Below are positions 9,209 to 18,329 of a stretch of DNA of 64,000 nt, in pieces. The translations under genes were made by a program, and so were the position numbers. The notes below the pieces were generated by a model that saw only the letters and a list, made by a program, of their open reading frames with translations, was not told where the DNA came from and did no database searches. The first letter of the stretch is position 1. Every line of letters starts with the position of its first letter. The stretch comes from a candidate division FCPU426 bacterium. GTDB taxonomy: Bacteria; Oederibacteriota; Muellerivitia; Muellerivitales; Muellerivitaceae. The stretch lies in NCBI GenBank assembly GCA_963719085.1, contig CAVRAL010000004.1, positions 1,024,001-1,088,000 of the forward strand, written 5' to 3'.

Positions 9209-12200
9209 ATGGGTTCCTTGGAAAAAAGAATTTTGTTTTGGGGGGCTGTTTTTTTTCTCGCCGTTCCCTCGCTTTGGGCGGGAACCGCCACCATCGACGC
9301 CACCACCACGGACCAATATATCCGAGGCTTCGGGGCCTGCAGCGCCTGGCACGAAAGCACTTACCCGACCCAGCTGGCGACCTGGTATTGGGACTCCACC
9401 GGCATGACCGGCAACAATCCGAACGGCATTGGTCTTTCCATGCTGCGCTGCCATATTCCCTATACCAATACCACCACGAGCGTTTCAGACCCGGGGGAAA
9501 CCGCGGTCATGAAGCAAGCCATCGGCCTGGGGGTCACCCAGGTGTGGTGCACCGAATGGGCGCCGCCCAACAACGACCGGGTTTCCGGGTCGACCTGGGG
9601 CAGTTCCAACAATAACTTCCTCGGCGCGGCCAGCGGGGCGCCCAACGCGAATGACACTGATTACGCCAATTATCTTGTCAATTACATCAAATACGCCAAT
9701 TCCCAAATTTCCAGCACCGGGGTCCAGATCATGGCCGTCTCCCCGCAAAACGAGCCCGATTGGAATCCGACTTATGAAAGCAATGAGTGGACCGCGGGCC
9801 AGTTCGATGTTTTCGTCGGGGCCCTTCATTCGGCCCTTCAGGCCGCGGGACTTTCCACCAAGATTATGATTCCGGAAAGCTTCGCCGACAACAAGGCCCT
9901 GGCGGCCGGCGCGATGGATGACGCGACCAACGCGCCCTATGTCGGGGTCATCGGCAACCATCTTTACGGGTTGAACGGAGCCACGCCTTATTCCCTCGCC
10001 GGCGCCGGTTTCACCCACTTGACCAACCAGGAAAGTTGGGAAACCGAAATGTCGGACGTGAGCGGCGCGGCCAACGACACCTCCATTACCTCGGGCCTTC
10101 AGGTGGCGTCGTGGGTGCAACAGTGCATCGTGGACGCGGGCATGAACGCCTATCATCACTGGTGGCTGTATCCAGCCAGCGGCAGCACCAATGAGTCTCT
10201 CATCGGCTCGGACAACGCCTCCACTAAAAAACTTTGGTGCCTGGGTAACTGGAGCCGATTTGTGCGCCCCGGCTATTACCGAATGGGCGCGACGGTTTCC
10301 CCCTCGGCGGGGGTGTCCTTGTCGGCCTTTAAAAGCGATTCCAGTTCCGCCCCGGCTTCCTTCGTGATCGTGGCCATCAACAAGAATACATCGACCACCT
10401 CCACCACCTTTAATTTGAACGGGATCAGCGCCACTTCGGTGACGCCTTGGATCACCGACGCCAACAATAATCTGACCCGGCAGACCGCGGTGGCCGTCTC
10501 GGGAAATTCTTTTACCTATAGTTTGAACGCCCAAAGCGTGATTTCCTTCGTGGGCGCCGTCACGGGCGGGGGCGGACCGACTTACACGCCCACCGTGACG
10601 CCCACGGCAACCCGGACCCCGATCCCGGGCGCCTATTGCCTGGTGGATGATTTTGAGGACGACAACACGACCAACAACTGGGGGGGGACTTGGTCCACCT
10701 ACGCGGGCGCCAACAGCACGCTCACCGCCTCGGTCACGGCGGGAGGATCGCCGTCTTCCCCGAACTATTCCATCGGCATCGCGGGTACGGTTAATGATTA
10801 TGGAGGACTCAACACGTCGTTGAACTCCGGGGGAACCACGGTGGACCTCTCGGCTTATTCGGGCGTGGCTTTCATGGTCAAGGGCAATGGGAGTACCTAT
10901 TGGTTCCAAATCGCCAGTGCCCCCGTGACTTCAGGCGACAATTACGGCGTCAGTTTCACCGCGCCGGCGGCTTGGACGCCCGTGACGGTGATGTTTAACC
11001 AGGTGGCCCAACGCGGTTTTGGTGCCGGGGAACCCTTTGATCTCACCCAAATCAACGCCCTTCAATGGGGCGCCGCGGCGAACGGAGCCTTAAGTTTCCA
11101 AATTGACGACGTGAAACTCTTGGGCGCCTTTTGCCCCGGCGGGACGCCTACGATGACGGCCACCTTTACGCGGACATCTACCTTGACCGCAACTCCGACC
11201 GCCTCGGCGACGAAGACGCCGACGGTTACCCCGACTTTAACCCCTACGCCCACAATGACCGCGACCTTGACGCTTACCCCGACTAAAACAACCACCGCGA
11301 CGTTGACCCCAACTTCGACGAAGACGGCGACCTTAACGGCGACCCCGACCGCCACCCAGACCTTCCAATTCACGCCCACGATTACGTCGACCCCGACCGT
11401 GACCTCGACTCAAACTGAAACCTTGACTCCTTCGATCACCTCGACCTCAACCGCCACCCATACGCCGGTCTTCACCGCAACACCGTCTTTTACCAAAACA
11501 CCTACCTTGACCCCAACACAAACCTCAACGCCCACCGTGAGCGCGACGCCTTCCACGACCAAAACGCCGACGGTGACGACGACGCCGACGGTGACCTTGA
11601 CGCCCCAATTTACCTTTACGGTGACTTTGTCTTTCACGCCCACCCCATCGACCACCTGGACCCTGTCGCCCACGGCGACCGCGACCCCTACGGCCACCTC
11701 CACCAAGACGGCGACTTCCACCGCGACCGCCACCTTTACTCCGACCCGCACCGTGACGCCGCCTTTTACCGCTACCGCGACGCCTACCAGCACCTCGACG
11801 GCGACCGCTCTACCCACCTCGACCTTGACGCCCTTGCCCACGGTGAGCCTGCAGTTGAATACGTCGTCTTCCTCGGCGGATGCGGGGCAAAGCTATAGCT
11901 ATACCTGGGAGATTACGGTGACAGGAAGTTCGCCGCAGAACGGGACCCTGACCCAAAGCCTGCCGGCGGGAGTGACGGTGACGGGATTCTCCGGGTCTTC
12001 GGGGGTGGTGAATGGAAACCAAATCACGTGGAACCTGAACAACCTGCCGGTGGGAGTGACTCAATTGCAGGTGAATGTGGAGATTGACGGTTCGGTGGCG
12101 GGAGGGACGGAGCTTTCAAGCCAAGGGACGCTGAGCTATACGGGAGGCTCGGCCTCGTCCAACAGCGCCTCGGTGAGTGTGGTGGCTTTGACCTCAACGC

Positions 12201-12523
12201 CCACCTCGACGCCGACCTTGACGTTTACGCCGACGCCGGAGCCTATAGGGGGAGTGCCGGTGTTGTACCCGAACCCGGTGAGCGGCCCGGGCCCGGTGAA
12301 CATCCAATTGCCGACCTATCCGGGGACGAGCAAGGTGACGGTGCAAGTGTTCACGACGGCGTTTAGGATGGTGAACGAATTCTCGGTGACCCAAGCGGGG
12401 GGAAGCGTGGTGTCCCTGCCCTTGACGGACCGGAACAACCGGCCCTTGGCGAACGGGCTTTATTACGTGCTGGTCAACTCGCCGGCGGGTAAATCGATTC
12501 TCAAACTGCTGATCCTGCGCTGA
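9209..12523 (+). CDS. Secreted GH30 + CBM11/CIA30-like module + Thr-rich linker + DUF11-like domain + T9SS-like CTD
   Basis: QYIRGFG, GLSMLR, SPQNEPDW, WETE, NWSRFVRPG. Extra module LVDDFED...DLSAYSGVAFMVKG...FQIDDV. Confidence 0.88.
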   Translation: MGSLEKRILFWGAVFFLAVPSLWAGTATIDATTTDQYIRGFGACSAWHESTYPTQLATWYWDSTGMTGNNPNGIGLSMLRCHIPYTNTTTSVSDPGETAVMKQAIGLGVTQVWCTEWAPPNNDRVSGSTWGSSNNNFLGAASGAPNANDTDYANYLVNYIKYANSQISSTGVQIMAVSPQNEPDWNPTYESNEWTAGQFDVFVGALHSALQAAGLSTKIMIPESFADNKALAAGAMDDATNAPYVGVIGNHLYGLNGATPYSLAGAGFTHLTNQESWETEMSDVSGAANDTSITSGLQVASWVQQCIVDAGMNAYHHWWLYPASGSTNESLIGSDNASTKKLWCLGNWSRFVRPGYYRMGATVSPSAGVSLSAFKSDSSSAPASFVIVAINKNTSTTSTTFNLNGISATSVTPWITDANNNLTRQTAVAVSGNSFTYSLNAQSVISFVGAVTGGGGPTYTPTVTPTATRTPIPGAYCLVDDFEDDNTTNNWGGTWSTYAGANSTLTASVTAGGSPSSPNYSIGIAGTVNDYGGLNTSLNSGGTTVDLSAYSGVAFMVKGNGSTYWFQIASAPVTSGDNYGVSFTAPAAWTPVTVMFNQVAQRGFGAGEPFDLTQINALQWGAAANGALSFQIDDVKLLGAFCPGGTPTMTATFTRTSTLTATPTASATKTPTVTPTLTPTPTMTATLTLTPTKTTTATLTPTSTKTATLTATPTATQTFQFTPTITSTPTVTSTQTETLTPSITSTSTATHTPVFTATPSFTKTPTLTPTQTSTPTVSATPSTTKTPTVTTTPTVTLTPQFTFTVTLSFTPTPSTTWTLSPTATATPTATSTKTATSTATATFTPTRTVTPPFTATATPTSTSTATALPTSTLTPLPTVSLQLNTSSSSADAGQSYSYTWEITVTGSSPQNGTLTQSLPAGVTVTGFSGSSGVVNGNQITWNLNNLPVGVTQLQVNVEIDGSVAGGTELSSQGTLSYTGGSASSNSASVSVVALTSTPTSTPTLTFTPTPEPIGGVPVLYPNPVSGPGPVNIQLPTYPGTSKVTVQVFTTAFRMVNEFSVTQAGGSVVSLPLTDRNNRPLANGLYYVLVNSPAGKSILKLLILR
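11198..12523 (+). repeat. 1326-bp duplicated 3' block, copy 2
   Basis: Matches 5640-6965. Confidence 0.95.
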
Positions 12524-12710
12524 GGCCACAAGCCGAAGCGCAAGGGTTGGTCATGCCAATTCCGAATGGGAATTGGCTCATCCTGCGCTGAGGTCTGTTT
12601 AGAACTCAGTACGTCAAATCGCATGCCTCGGCATAGCCAGCGCTGACCGTTGTATCGGTCAGCACGGCAAAGCTGATGCCTCGGCTTGAGGCCTCGACAT
12701 AGCCAGCGTT
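12517..12710 (+). repeat. Structured intergenic repeat array (units at 12517, 12585, 12640; end remnant at 12706)
   Basis: GCGCTGA-initiated units of 68, 55 and 66 bp. A 14-bp direct repeat ATCCTGCGCTGAGG lies at 12512 and 12580. The 55-bp unit is the 6959 unit minus 13 bp between CCTCGGC microhomologies. Confidence 0.85.
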
Positions 12711-12784
12711 AAGGCCGCAATCCGAGTTTTATTTTTTTGAAGTTGCTGAGGGGGACCCTTGAAGGGGTCAGGAAGTTAAATCGG

Positions 12785-14887
12785 ATGAAAAATTTGGGAT
12801 TAAAAAATTTCTTCTTCATTCGGGCCCTGGGGTTCGTTTGTTTTGGTTTGGGTTTAGGGATGGCTTCAGCAGCTGGGGCCGCGGACAAGACCTATTGCGT
12901 GCAGGTGAATTATTCCGCCGTTCCGACCTTGGTGAACTACCGCAAAATCACCCTCTTAGTCAATGTGGGCACCTGCGCTTCCGTCGCGGTTACGGCGGAC
13001 GGGGCGGCGGTCTCCGCCACCTATAATTCCACCACGGGTATGGCGCTCTTCACGACCACCGGCTCTTCCATCCTGGTCATGGCGGTTAATTGGACAGCCG
13101 GTGGAACCGGCGCGGCCACCAAGGCGACACTCTATAACAATTATCATTGGGCCTATTCACTCACCTTTGATGACAATCGCCTATCCCAATACGACTATGG
13201 CAAGCCAGTTTTGGACTCCTTCGGCTGGAGGGCGGCGGAAGCGGTGGTAGGTTCCTGGGCCAATGGGGGCGGGGCATCGGGAAGCGGAAGCTATTTCATG
13301 AACTGGACCTGTCTGCAGGCCTTGAGGGCGGCGGGATGGGATATGTTGGACCATTCCTACGACCATCCCAACCCCCTGACCTGCAACGGCACGGCCACCG
13401 ATATCGTGCCTGAGTTGACTGAGAACCAGCCGCTTTTGCTCAAATATTTTCCCGGATACAACGTGACTCAAATGGTTTTCCCTTATGAGTCTTCCGGAGC
13501 CAATACCTGCGCGGGTTATCCCACGGCTTACCTTCTCTCGGCGGAGTGCGGGGGAGGATCCTATAATTTCGTGGATACGGCCCTGCCGTTCCAAGTCCAA
13601 CGGGGAGGCCTTTTCGGGACCGATGACACGGCTTGGAAATCGCTGGCGGCGGCGGCGGCCGGTAACAGCCGGCCCACTTGGCTCGTGGAATATACCCACA
13701 GTGTCTCGCAGGGCAGCGGGGCGGCAGCTGATCAGTACAGCACCAACCAGGCGACCCTGACGGATTTGCTGACCTATCTCAATAACAATTTCGGGACGCC
13801 CGGCAACAAGAGCATGTGGTTCGCGCCGGCGGGAGAAGTTCGGGATTACATCTTTACCCGGGACAACGCGGTCGTCACGACCTGCACCGCGGCGCCGACC
13901 CCCACCGCCACTTTGACTTTGTCTCCCACCCGGACCTTTAGTCCGACGCCGACCAAGACCGCCACGCCTACGGCGACTCGAACCGCGTCTCCCACCGCGA
14001 CCTCTTCGGCGACTTCGACGGCCACCAAGACGGTGAGCTTTACCCCCTCGGCCACGTCTACTCTCACGGTGACCAAAACAGCAACGGGTACTTCTACACC
14101 CACCGCCTCGCCTACGATTTTGGCGACGAAGACACCGACATCAACTCCCGCCCCGTCGTTGACTTCGACCCTGACTTCCATGCCTACGGCAACTTCGACG
14201 GAAACGAAAACCTTTACTCTAACCGCCACTTGCTCCTCGACGGCCAGCCCGACTCCTTCGGTCACGCCGACGGCGACCGCTTCGACGTCTTTCACGGCTA
14301 CCACGACTGCTACCCCTCCATTTACCTCAACCGTTTCTTCCACGCCGACCTTCACCCCGACGAAGACTCTGACAGTCACCTGGACTCCGACGCCTACGGC
14401 TTCCCCCACATTTACTTCCACCCATACGGCCTTGCCCACGGTAACTTTTAGCCCCACCTTTACCGTGACGCTTACTCCAACACCTGTGCCGCCCACCTTA
14501 ACTTTCACCCCAACACCGACCATGACGGAAACCGCCTCCGCAACTGCCTCGGCGTCACCCACAAAAACACTGACGGCTTCCCCGACGAGAACGCCGACAC
14601 CGATTCCGGTCCGAAATCCAGTCCTCTATCCCAATCCTACCAATGGCCTCCAACCGGTTCAGATCCGATTGCCCAATTACCCGGGGGTTGGAACCGTCAC
14701 GGTTGAGGTTTTCACGCCGGCTTTCCGGAAAGTGAACGCCGAAGGTTTTCCGAACCAGCCAGGTGGAAGCGATGTTCCCTTGCCGCTCACGGATCGAAAC
14801 GGAGTGTCCCTCGCCAACGGAATTTACTATGTGCTGGTCCAAAGCCCCGCGGGCCGGTCCGTTCTTAAATTGTTGATCCTGCGCTGA
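12785..14887 (+). CDS. Secreted NodB/CE4-like polysaccharide deacetylase + Thr-rich linker + T9SS-like CTD (track start 12737)
   Basis: YSLTFDD and GWDMLDHSYDHP motifs, FPY. Signal peptide follows ATG 12785. CTD LYPNP..FTPAFRKV..LANGIYY..KLLILR. Confidence 0.75.
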   Translation: MKNLGLKNFFFIRALGFVCFGLGLGMASAAGAADKTYCVQVNYSAVPTLVNYRKITLLVNVGTCASVAVTADGAAVSATYNSTTGMALFTTTGSSILVMAVNWTAGGTGAATKATLYNNYHWAYSLTFDDNRLSQYDYGKPVLDSFGWRAAEAVVGSWANGGGASGSGSYFMNWTCLQALRAAGWDMLDHSYDHPNPLTCNGTATDIVPELTENQPLLLKYFPGYNVTQMVFPYESSGANTCAGYPTAYLLSAECGGGSYNFVDTALPFQVQRGGLFGTDDTAWKSLAAAAAGNSRPTWLVEYTHSVSQGSGAAADQYSTNQATLTDLLTYLNNNFGTPGNKSMWFAPAGEVRDYIFTRDNAVVTTCTAAPTPTATLTLSPTRTFSPTPTKTATPTATRTASPTATSSATSTATKTVSFTPSATSTLTVTKTATGTSTPTASPTILATKTPTSTPAPSLTSTLTSMPTATSTETKTFTLTATCSSTASPTPSVTPTATASTSFTATTTATPPFTSTVSSTPTFTPTKTLTVTWTPTPTASPTFTSTHTALPTVTFSPTFTVTLTPTPVPPTLTFTPTPTMTETASATASASPTKTLTASPTRTPTPIPVRNPVLYPNPTNGLQPVQIRLPNYPGVGTVTVEVFTPAFRKVNAEGFPNQPGGSDVPLPLTDRNGVSLANGIYYVLVQSPAGRSVLKLLILR

Positions 14888-15016
14888 CCGTTGTATCGGT
14901 CAGCACGGCAAAGCTTATGCCTCGGCTTGAGGCCTCAACATAGCCAGCGCTGAGCGTTGTATCGGTCAGCACGGCAAAGCCGTGGCTCAGCTTGAAACCT
15001 CGACACAGGCAGCGCT
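14881..15016 (+). repeat. Structured intergenic repeat array (two tandem units at 14881 and 14947)
   Basis: 66/65-bp tandem units GCGCTGA(C/G)CGTTGTATCGGTCAGCACGGCAAAGC...; the first overlaps the stop codon. Confidence 0.85.
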
Positions 15017-15157
15017 AATTTTTTGCCGGAATCGGCTGATCTTGGCACGTTTTCCTTCATTCAGTGAAGTCTTCTTTTGGCTTTGGCCCTTCCAGTCCTA
15101 TAATTCCCTCGGTTTTAAATTTCCTGGAATATTTCGGCCCGAAAGAGGACTAAGTCA

Positions 15158-15739
15158 TTGGGAGATCCTTTGGACGAGCGGCAATTGGTTCGTCGGGTTT
15201 TAGAGGGGGACGAACGGGCCCGCATGGAGTTTTACCGGGCCTATGAACAAAAGCTTTATAGCTTTTGCGTCTATACCCTGGGACACAACGATCCTGAAAT
15301 TGAGGACATCCTTCAGGAAGTCTTCCTGGTGGCTTTTGAAAAGCTGCGGGGGTTTGAATTTAGGTCCAGCCTGGATACCTGGCTGACCCAGATTTGCATC
15401 CACAAATGCTACCGCTATTTCCGCAAGAGATCGCGCTTGGTCAGCCAAGCGGACGAGGATTTGGAAAAACTTTTACACTCCCGGGCCTTGGAAAAGGCCG
15501 ATCAGGCCGAGCGGAGCCGGGAACAAGAAGCGCGGTTGAAAATATTCCGCCAAGCCATGGACCGGATGGGGGAGCCCTGCCGGAAGATTTTGGAACTGAG
15601 AACGAGAACCGGCGCCAGCTATATCGAAATCGGGCGTCAAATGAAGATTCCCATTGGGACGGTGATGTCCCGCTTGGCGCGCTGTACGCAGACCTTGAAG
15701 GGCGAAGTGGAACGGTTGTTAAAAGAGGGGCTAAAATGA
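15158..15739 (+). CDS. ECF-family RNA polymerase sigma factor
   Basis: EDILQEVF, FEFRSSLDTWL, SYIEIG..MKIPIGTVMSRLAR; 193 aa; GAGGA RBS before a TTG start. Confidence 0.92.
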   Translation: MGDPLDERQLVRRVLEGDERARMEFYRAYEQKLYSFCVYTLGHNDPEIEDILQEVFLVAFEKLRGFEFRSSLDTWLTQICIHKCYRYFRKRSRLVSQADEDLEKLLHSRALEKADQAERSREQEARLKIFRQAMDRMGEPCRKILELRTRTGASYIEIGRQMKIPIGTVMSRLARCTQTLKGEVERLLKEGLK

Positions 15740-16389
15740 CCAATTTGGTCGATGAGTTTTTTAAGCGCAACTTAAGCGAAGCCGAGTCGCAAGACTTGGA
15801 CCAATTACTGGAACAATCCCCCCAAGAGGCCGGTCGGTTCGCTGAACGGATGAAACAGGAATATTTTTCCTTGGGGTTGCCCGCGCCTCAGTTGCCCAAG
15901 CATTTGGCGCACTCGGGTTCCGCGGCGGGACTTTCACCTTTAGTGTCCACTTTGGTGGCGGGCGGCTTCCTTTCGGCGGCGGCCTTGACCTGGTGGTTTT
16001 GGCCCGAACCCAAGGCCGCGATTTTGGCGCCTTCCGCGCCGGCGCCTTTGACCGCGGCCGCCGCTCCCGCGCCTCAACCCCGAATCCTTCCGGCCCCGCC
16101 GCCTCCGGCCATTCCCCAAGCCGTGACGGGCTCCACGGAAGCGGGGAACCGCTTAAACGTGGTAGTGGACTTGGACACCCAGGCTCCGGTCAAGGTTTGC
16201 GTCTTGGACCCGAAGGATCAAACGGTGCGGGTGCTATATGAAGGAACCCTTCCCGCGGGTAAATGGTCCTTGCGCTGGGACGGAAAACTAACCGATGGGT
16301 CCCGGGCCCCGGCGGGGGATTACCGGATCGAGGTTGAGTCCGGCGCCCATCGGATGACCCGTACGGTGAGCATCGCTCCGGCCCATTAG
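15736..16389 (+). CDS. Putative single-pass anti-sigma factor with Pro-rich linker and C-terminal FlgD-Ig-like domain
   Basis: ATGA overlap with the sigma gene. Short N-terminal helical domain, one TM, Pro/Ala linker, then VRVLYEG...WDGKLTDGSRAPAGDYRI. Confidence 0.7.
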   Translation: MTNLVDEFFKRNLSEAESQDLDQLLEQSPQEAGRFAERMKQEYFSLGLPAPQLPKHLAHSGSAAGLSPLVSTLVAGGFLSAAALTWWFWPEPKAAILAPSAPAPLTAAAAPAPQPRILPAPPPPAIPQAVTGSTEAGNRLNVVVDLDTQAPVKVCVLDPKDQTVRVLYEGTLPAGKWSLRWDGKLTDGSRAPAGDYRIEVESGAHRMTRTVSIAPAH

Positions 16390-16446
16390 AACTTGTCCCG
16401 CGTGCAACCGGCTTTCCTGAGTGATATGATTTTCAGGGAGGCTTGC

Positions 16447-18327
16447 GTGCGCCCACACCTGATTTTTTATCCTAAAAAAACTTTCCCGTTCGGGGCCGTC
16501 TTATTCCTGGTTTTATTTTTGCTCGCCTCGGCCCCGTCCCGCGCGGCGGCGCCGGGTTGCATCGGCTTCGCGGCCGTGGACGGCGACGATTCTCTGGGCA
16601 TGTCGATCGCGGGGGGAACCACGGGCGGCGCCGGCGGGACCGGGGTCACGGTTTCCACTCAAACCCAGCTGGAAAACGCCCTGGACCAGTCGGGCCCGAT
16701 GACCATTTTCGTTCAAGGCCTCATCTCGTTGATCCCTTACGGCACAACCGAAAAGGTTCCCTCTAACAGGACGATTCTGGGGGTGGGATGCGGTTCGGGT
16801 ATTGTGAACGGCCCGGTGGTAATGGATGACGTTTCCAACGTCATTTTACAAAATTTGGTGCTGGGCCAAATTTATGTGCCCGGAGATCCGGCGGGAAAAT
16901 GCTGCAACTGGGATGCCATCACCATTTGGCATTCATCCCACCATGTCTGGGTGGACCATTGCGATCTTTCCCACGCGGAGGACGGTCTTTGTGACATCAC
17001 GGACAAAGCCAGCTACATTACTGTTTCCTGGTGTCATTTTCACGACCACAACAAGGCCTCGCTGGTGGGCCGCAGCGACACGGCCACTTCGGACGCCAGC
17101 TATTTAAAAGTCACCTTCCATCACAATTGGTTTGATCACTTATGGATCAACACGCCCCGGCTTCGGTTTGGGATGGTCCACCTGTTCAATAATTATTTCA
17201 CCCATGTGGCCCAATATTGCGCTTGGGACACCATGGCGGGTCAGATGGTGGTGGAATCGAATAATTTCGGCGTCAGCGCCATCAATCCTTTCGTCATCGG
17301 CACCCCAACCCCCACCTACCAACCCCAGATCGCGGCGACGCCTGGGAACAATTTGTTTGATCCCACCGCCCTGGGCTCCCAAGATACTTTTGGAGCGGCT
17401 TTTAATCCGGCGACTTTTTATTCCTATGTTCCCGACAGCGCCTCGGCGGTGCCGACCCTGGTGCCGCCGGACGTCGGCCCCTGCCTGCCTACGCCGATTC
17501 CGACGCCCGTGCCCACGGTGGGGGCGGTTTGGCGGGTGGTGGCGGGCGGGCCCGCTTTCACCGACAGTCTGGGAAACTTTTGGTCGGCGGATGTCCAGTA
17601 CAGCGGCGGCTACGCTTTCGCCGTGACAACGGCGGCGTCCATCTCCGCCACTTCGGACCCGGGGCTTTATCAAACCGAGCGTTACGGCGATCTCTTCAAC
17701 ACGAACGACTTCACCTACAATTTTCCCGTGCCGCCGGGAAATTACCAAGTGACGCTGAAGTTCGCCGAAACCGACTTTACGGGTCCCGATCAGCGGATCT
17801 TTAATGTCGCGCTCAACGGCGTCCCGGTCTTGTCGAACTTTGACTTGGCGGCGGACGCCGGGGCGCCCAATAAAGCCGACGATAAAGTTTTTAATAATGT
17901 GGCCCCGGTGGGAGGCCTGATCACGGTTCAATTCACCGCGGGAAATCTGGACAGCCCCAAAGTGAACGCGCTTCAAATTGTTCCCCAGCCGCCCACGCCG
18001 ACCCCCACGCCTTATTTAACGCCCACCCCTACCCCGACGCCCCCGGCGCCCAATGGGAAGCCTTATGTTTATTCCAACCCCTCCAGCGGGCCCACGGTCC
18101 GGTTTGTCTACACGATGCAAGAAAACGGCACCGCCCACATAAGGGTTTGGAACGCCTCGGGCCAATTTGTGGCCGGGTTGGCCGACGCCCAGACCGTTGG
18201 TGTCCAGCAAAGCACGCTGGACATCCAAGCCTTCGCGCCGGGGCATTATTTTTATCAGGTCGATTTAAAATATGACTCGGGCCGGGAACAGCGCTTTGAT
18301 CCTGAGGTTTTGGCGGTTAAAAAATAA
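16447..18327 (+). CDS. Pectate lyase (PL1) + malectin domain + variant CTD (track start 16393)
   Basis: TTGGAGG, WDAI, VWVDH, DGLCD, VTFHHNWF, PRLRFG. Malectin LYQTERYG..KFAE..RIFNV. AGGGAG RBS before GTG 16447. Confidence 0.9.
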   Translation: MRPHLIFYPKKTFPFGAVLFLVLFLLASAPSRAAAPGCIGFAAVDGDDSLGMSIAGGTTGGAGGTGVTVSTQTQLENALDQSGPMTIFVQGLISLIPYGTTEKVPSNRTILGVGCGSGIVNGPVVMDDVSNVILQNLVLGQIYVPGDPAGKCCNWDAITIWHSSHHVWVDHCDLSHAEDGLCDITDKASYITVSWCHFHDHNKASLVGRSDTATSDASYLKVTFHHNWFDHLWINTPRLRFGMVHLFNNYFTHVAQYCAWDTMAGQMVVESNNFGVSAINPFVIGTPTPTYQPQIAATPGNNLFDPTALGSQDTFGAAFNPATFYSYVPDSASAVPTLVPPDVGPCLPTPIPTPVPTVGAVWRVVAGGPAFTDSLGNFWSADVQYSGGYAFAVTTAASISATSDPGLYQTERYGDLFNTNDFTYNFPVPPGNYQVTLKFAETDFTGPDQRIFNVALNGVPVLSNFDLAADAGAPNKADDKVFNNVAPVGGLITVQFTAGNLDSPKVNALQIVPQPPTPTPTPYLTPTPTPTPPAPNGKPYVYSNPSSGPTVRFVYTMQENGTAHIRVWNASGQFVAGLADAQTVGVQQSTLDIQAFAPGHYFYQVDLKYDSGREQRFDPEVLAVKK

Positions 18328-18329
18328 AA

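Noticed and set aside
9485..10909. 474-aa minus-strand ORF (likewise 42338-43492 and 48967-49593)
   Set aside because: Each lies antisense to a well-supported gene (GH30, dinB, pilin) and has no recognisable motifs.
6959..15016. 66-68 bp repeats as a CRISPR array
   Set aside because: The variable parts are self-complementary and recur between arrays instead of being unique spacers; no cas genes are present.
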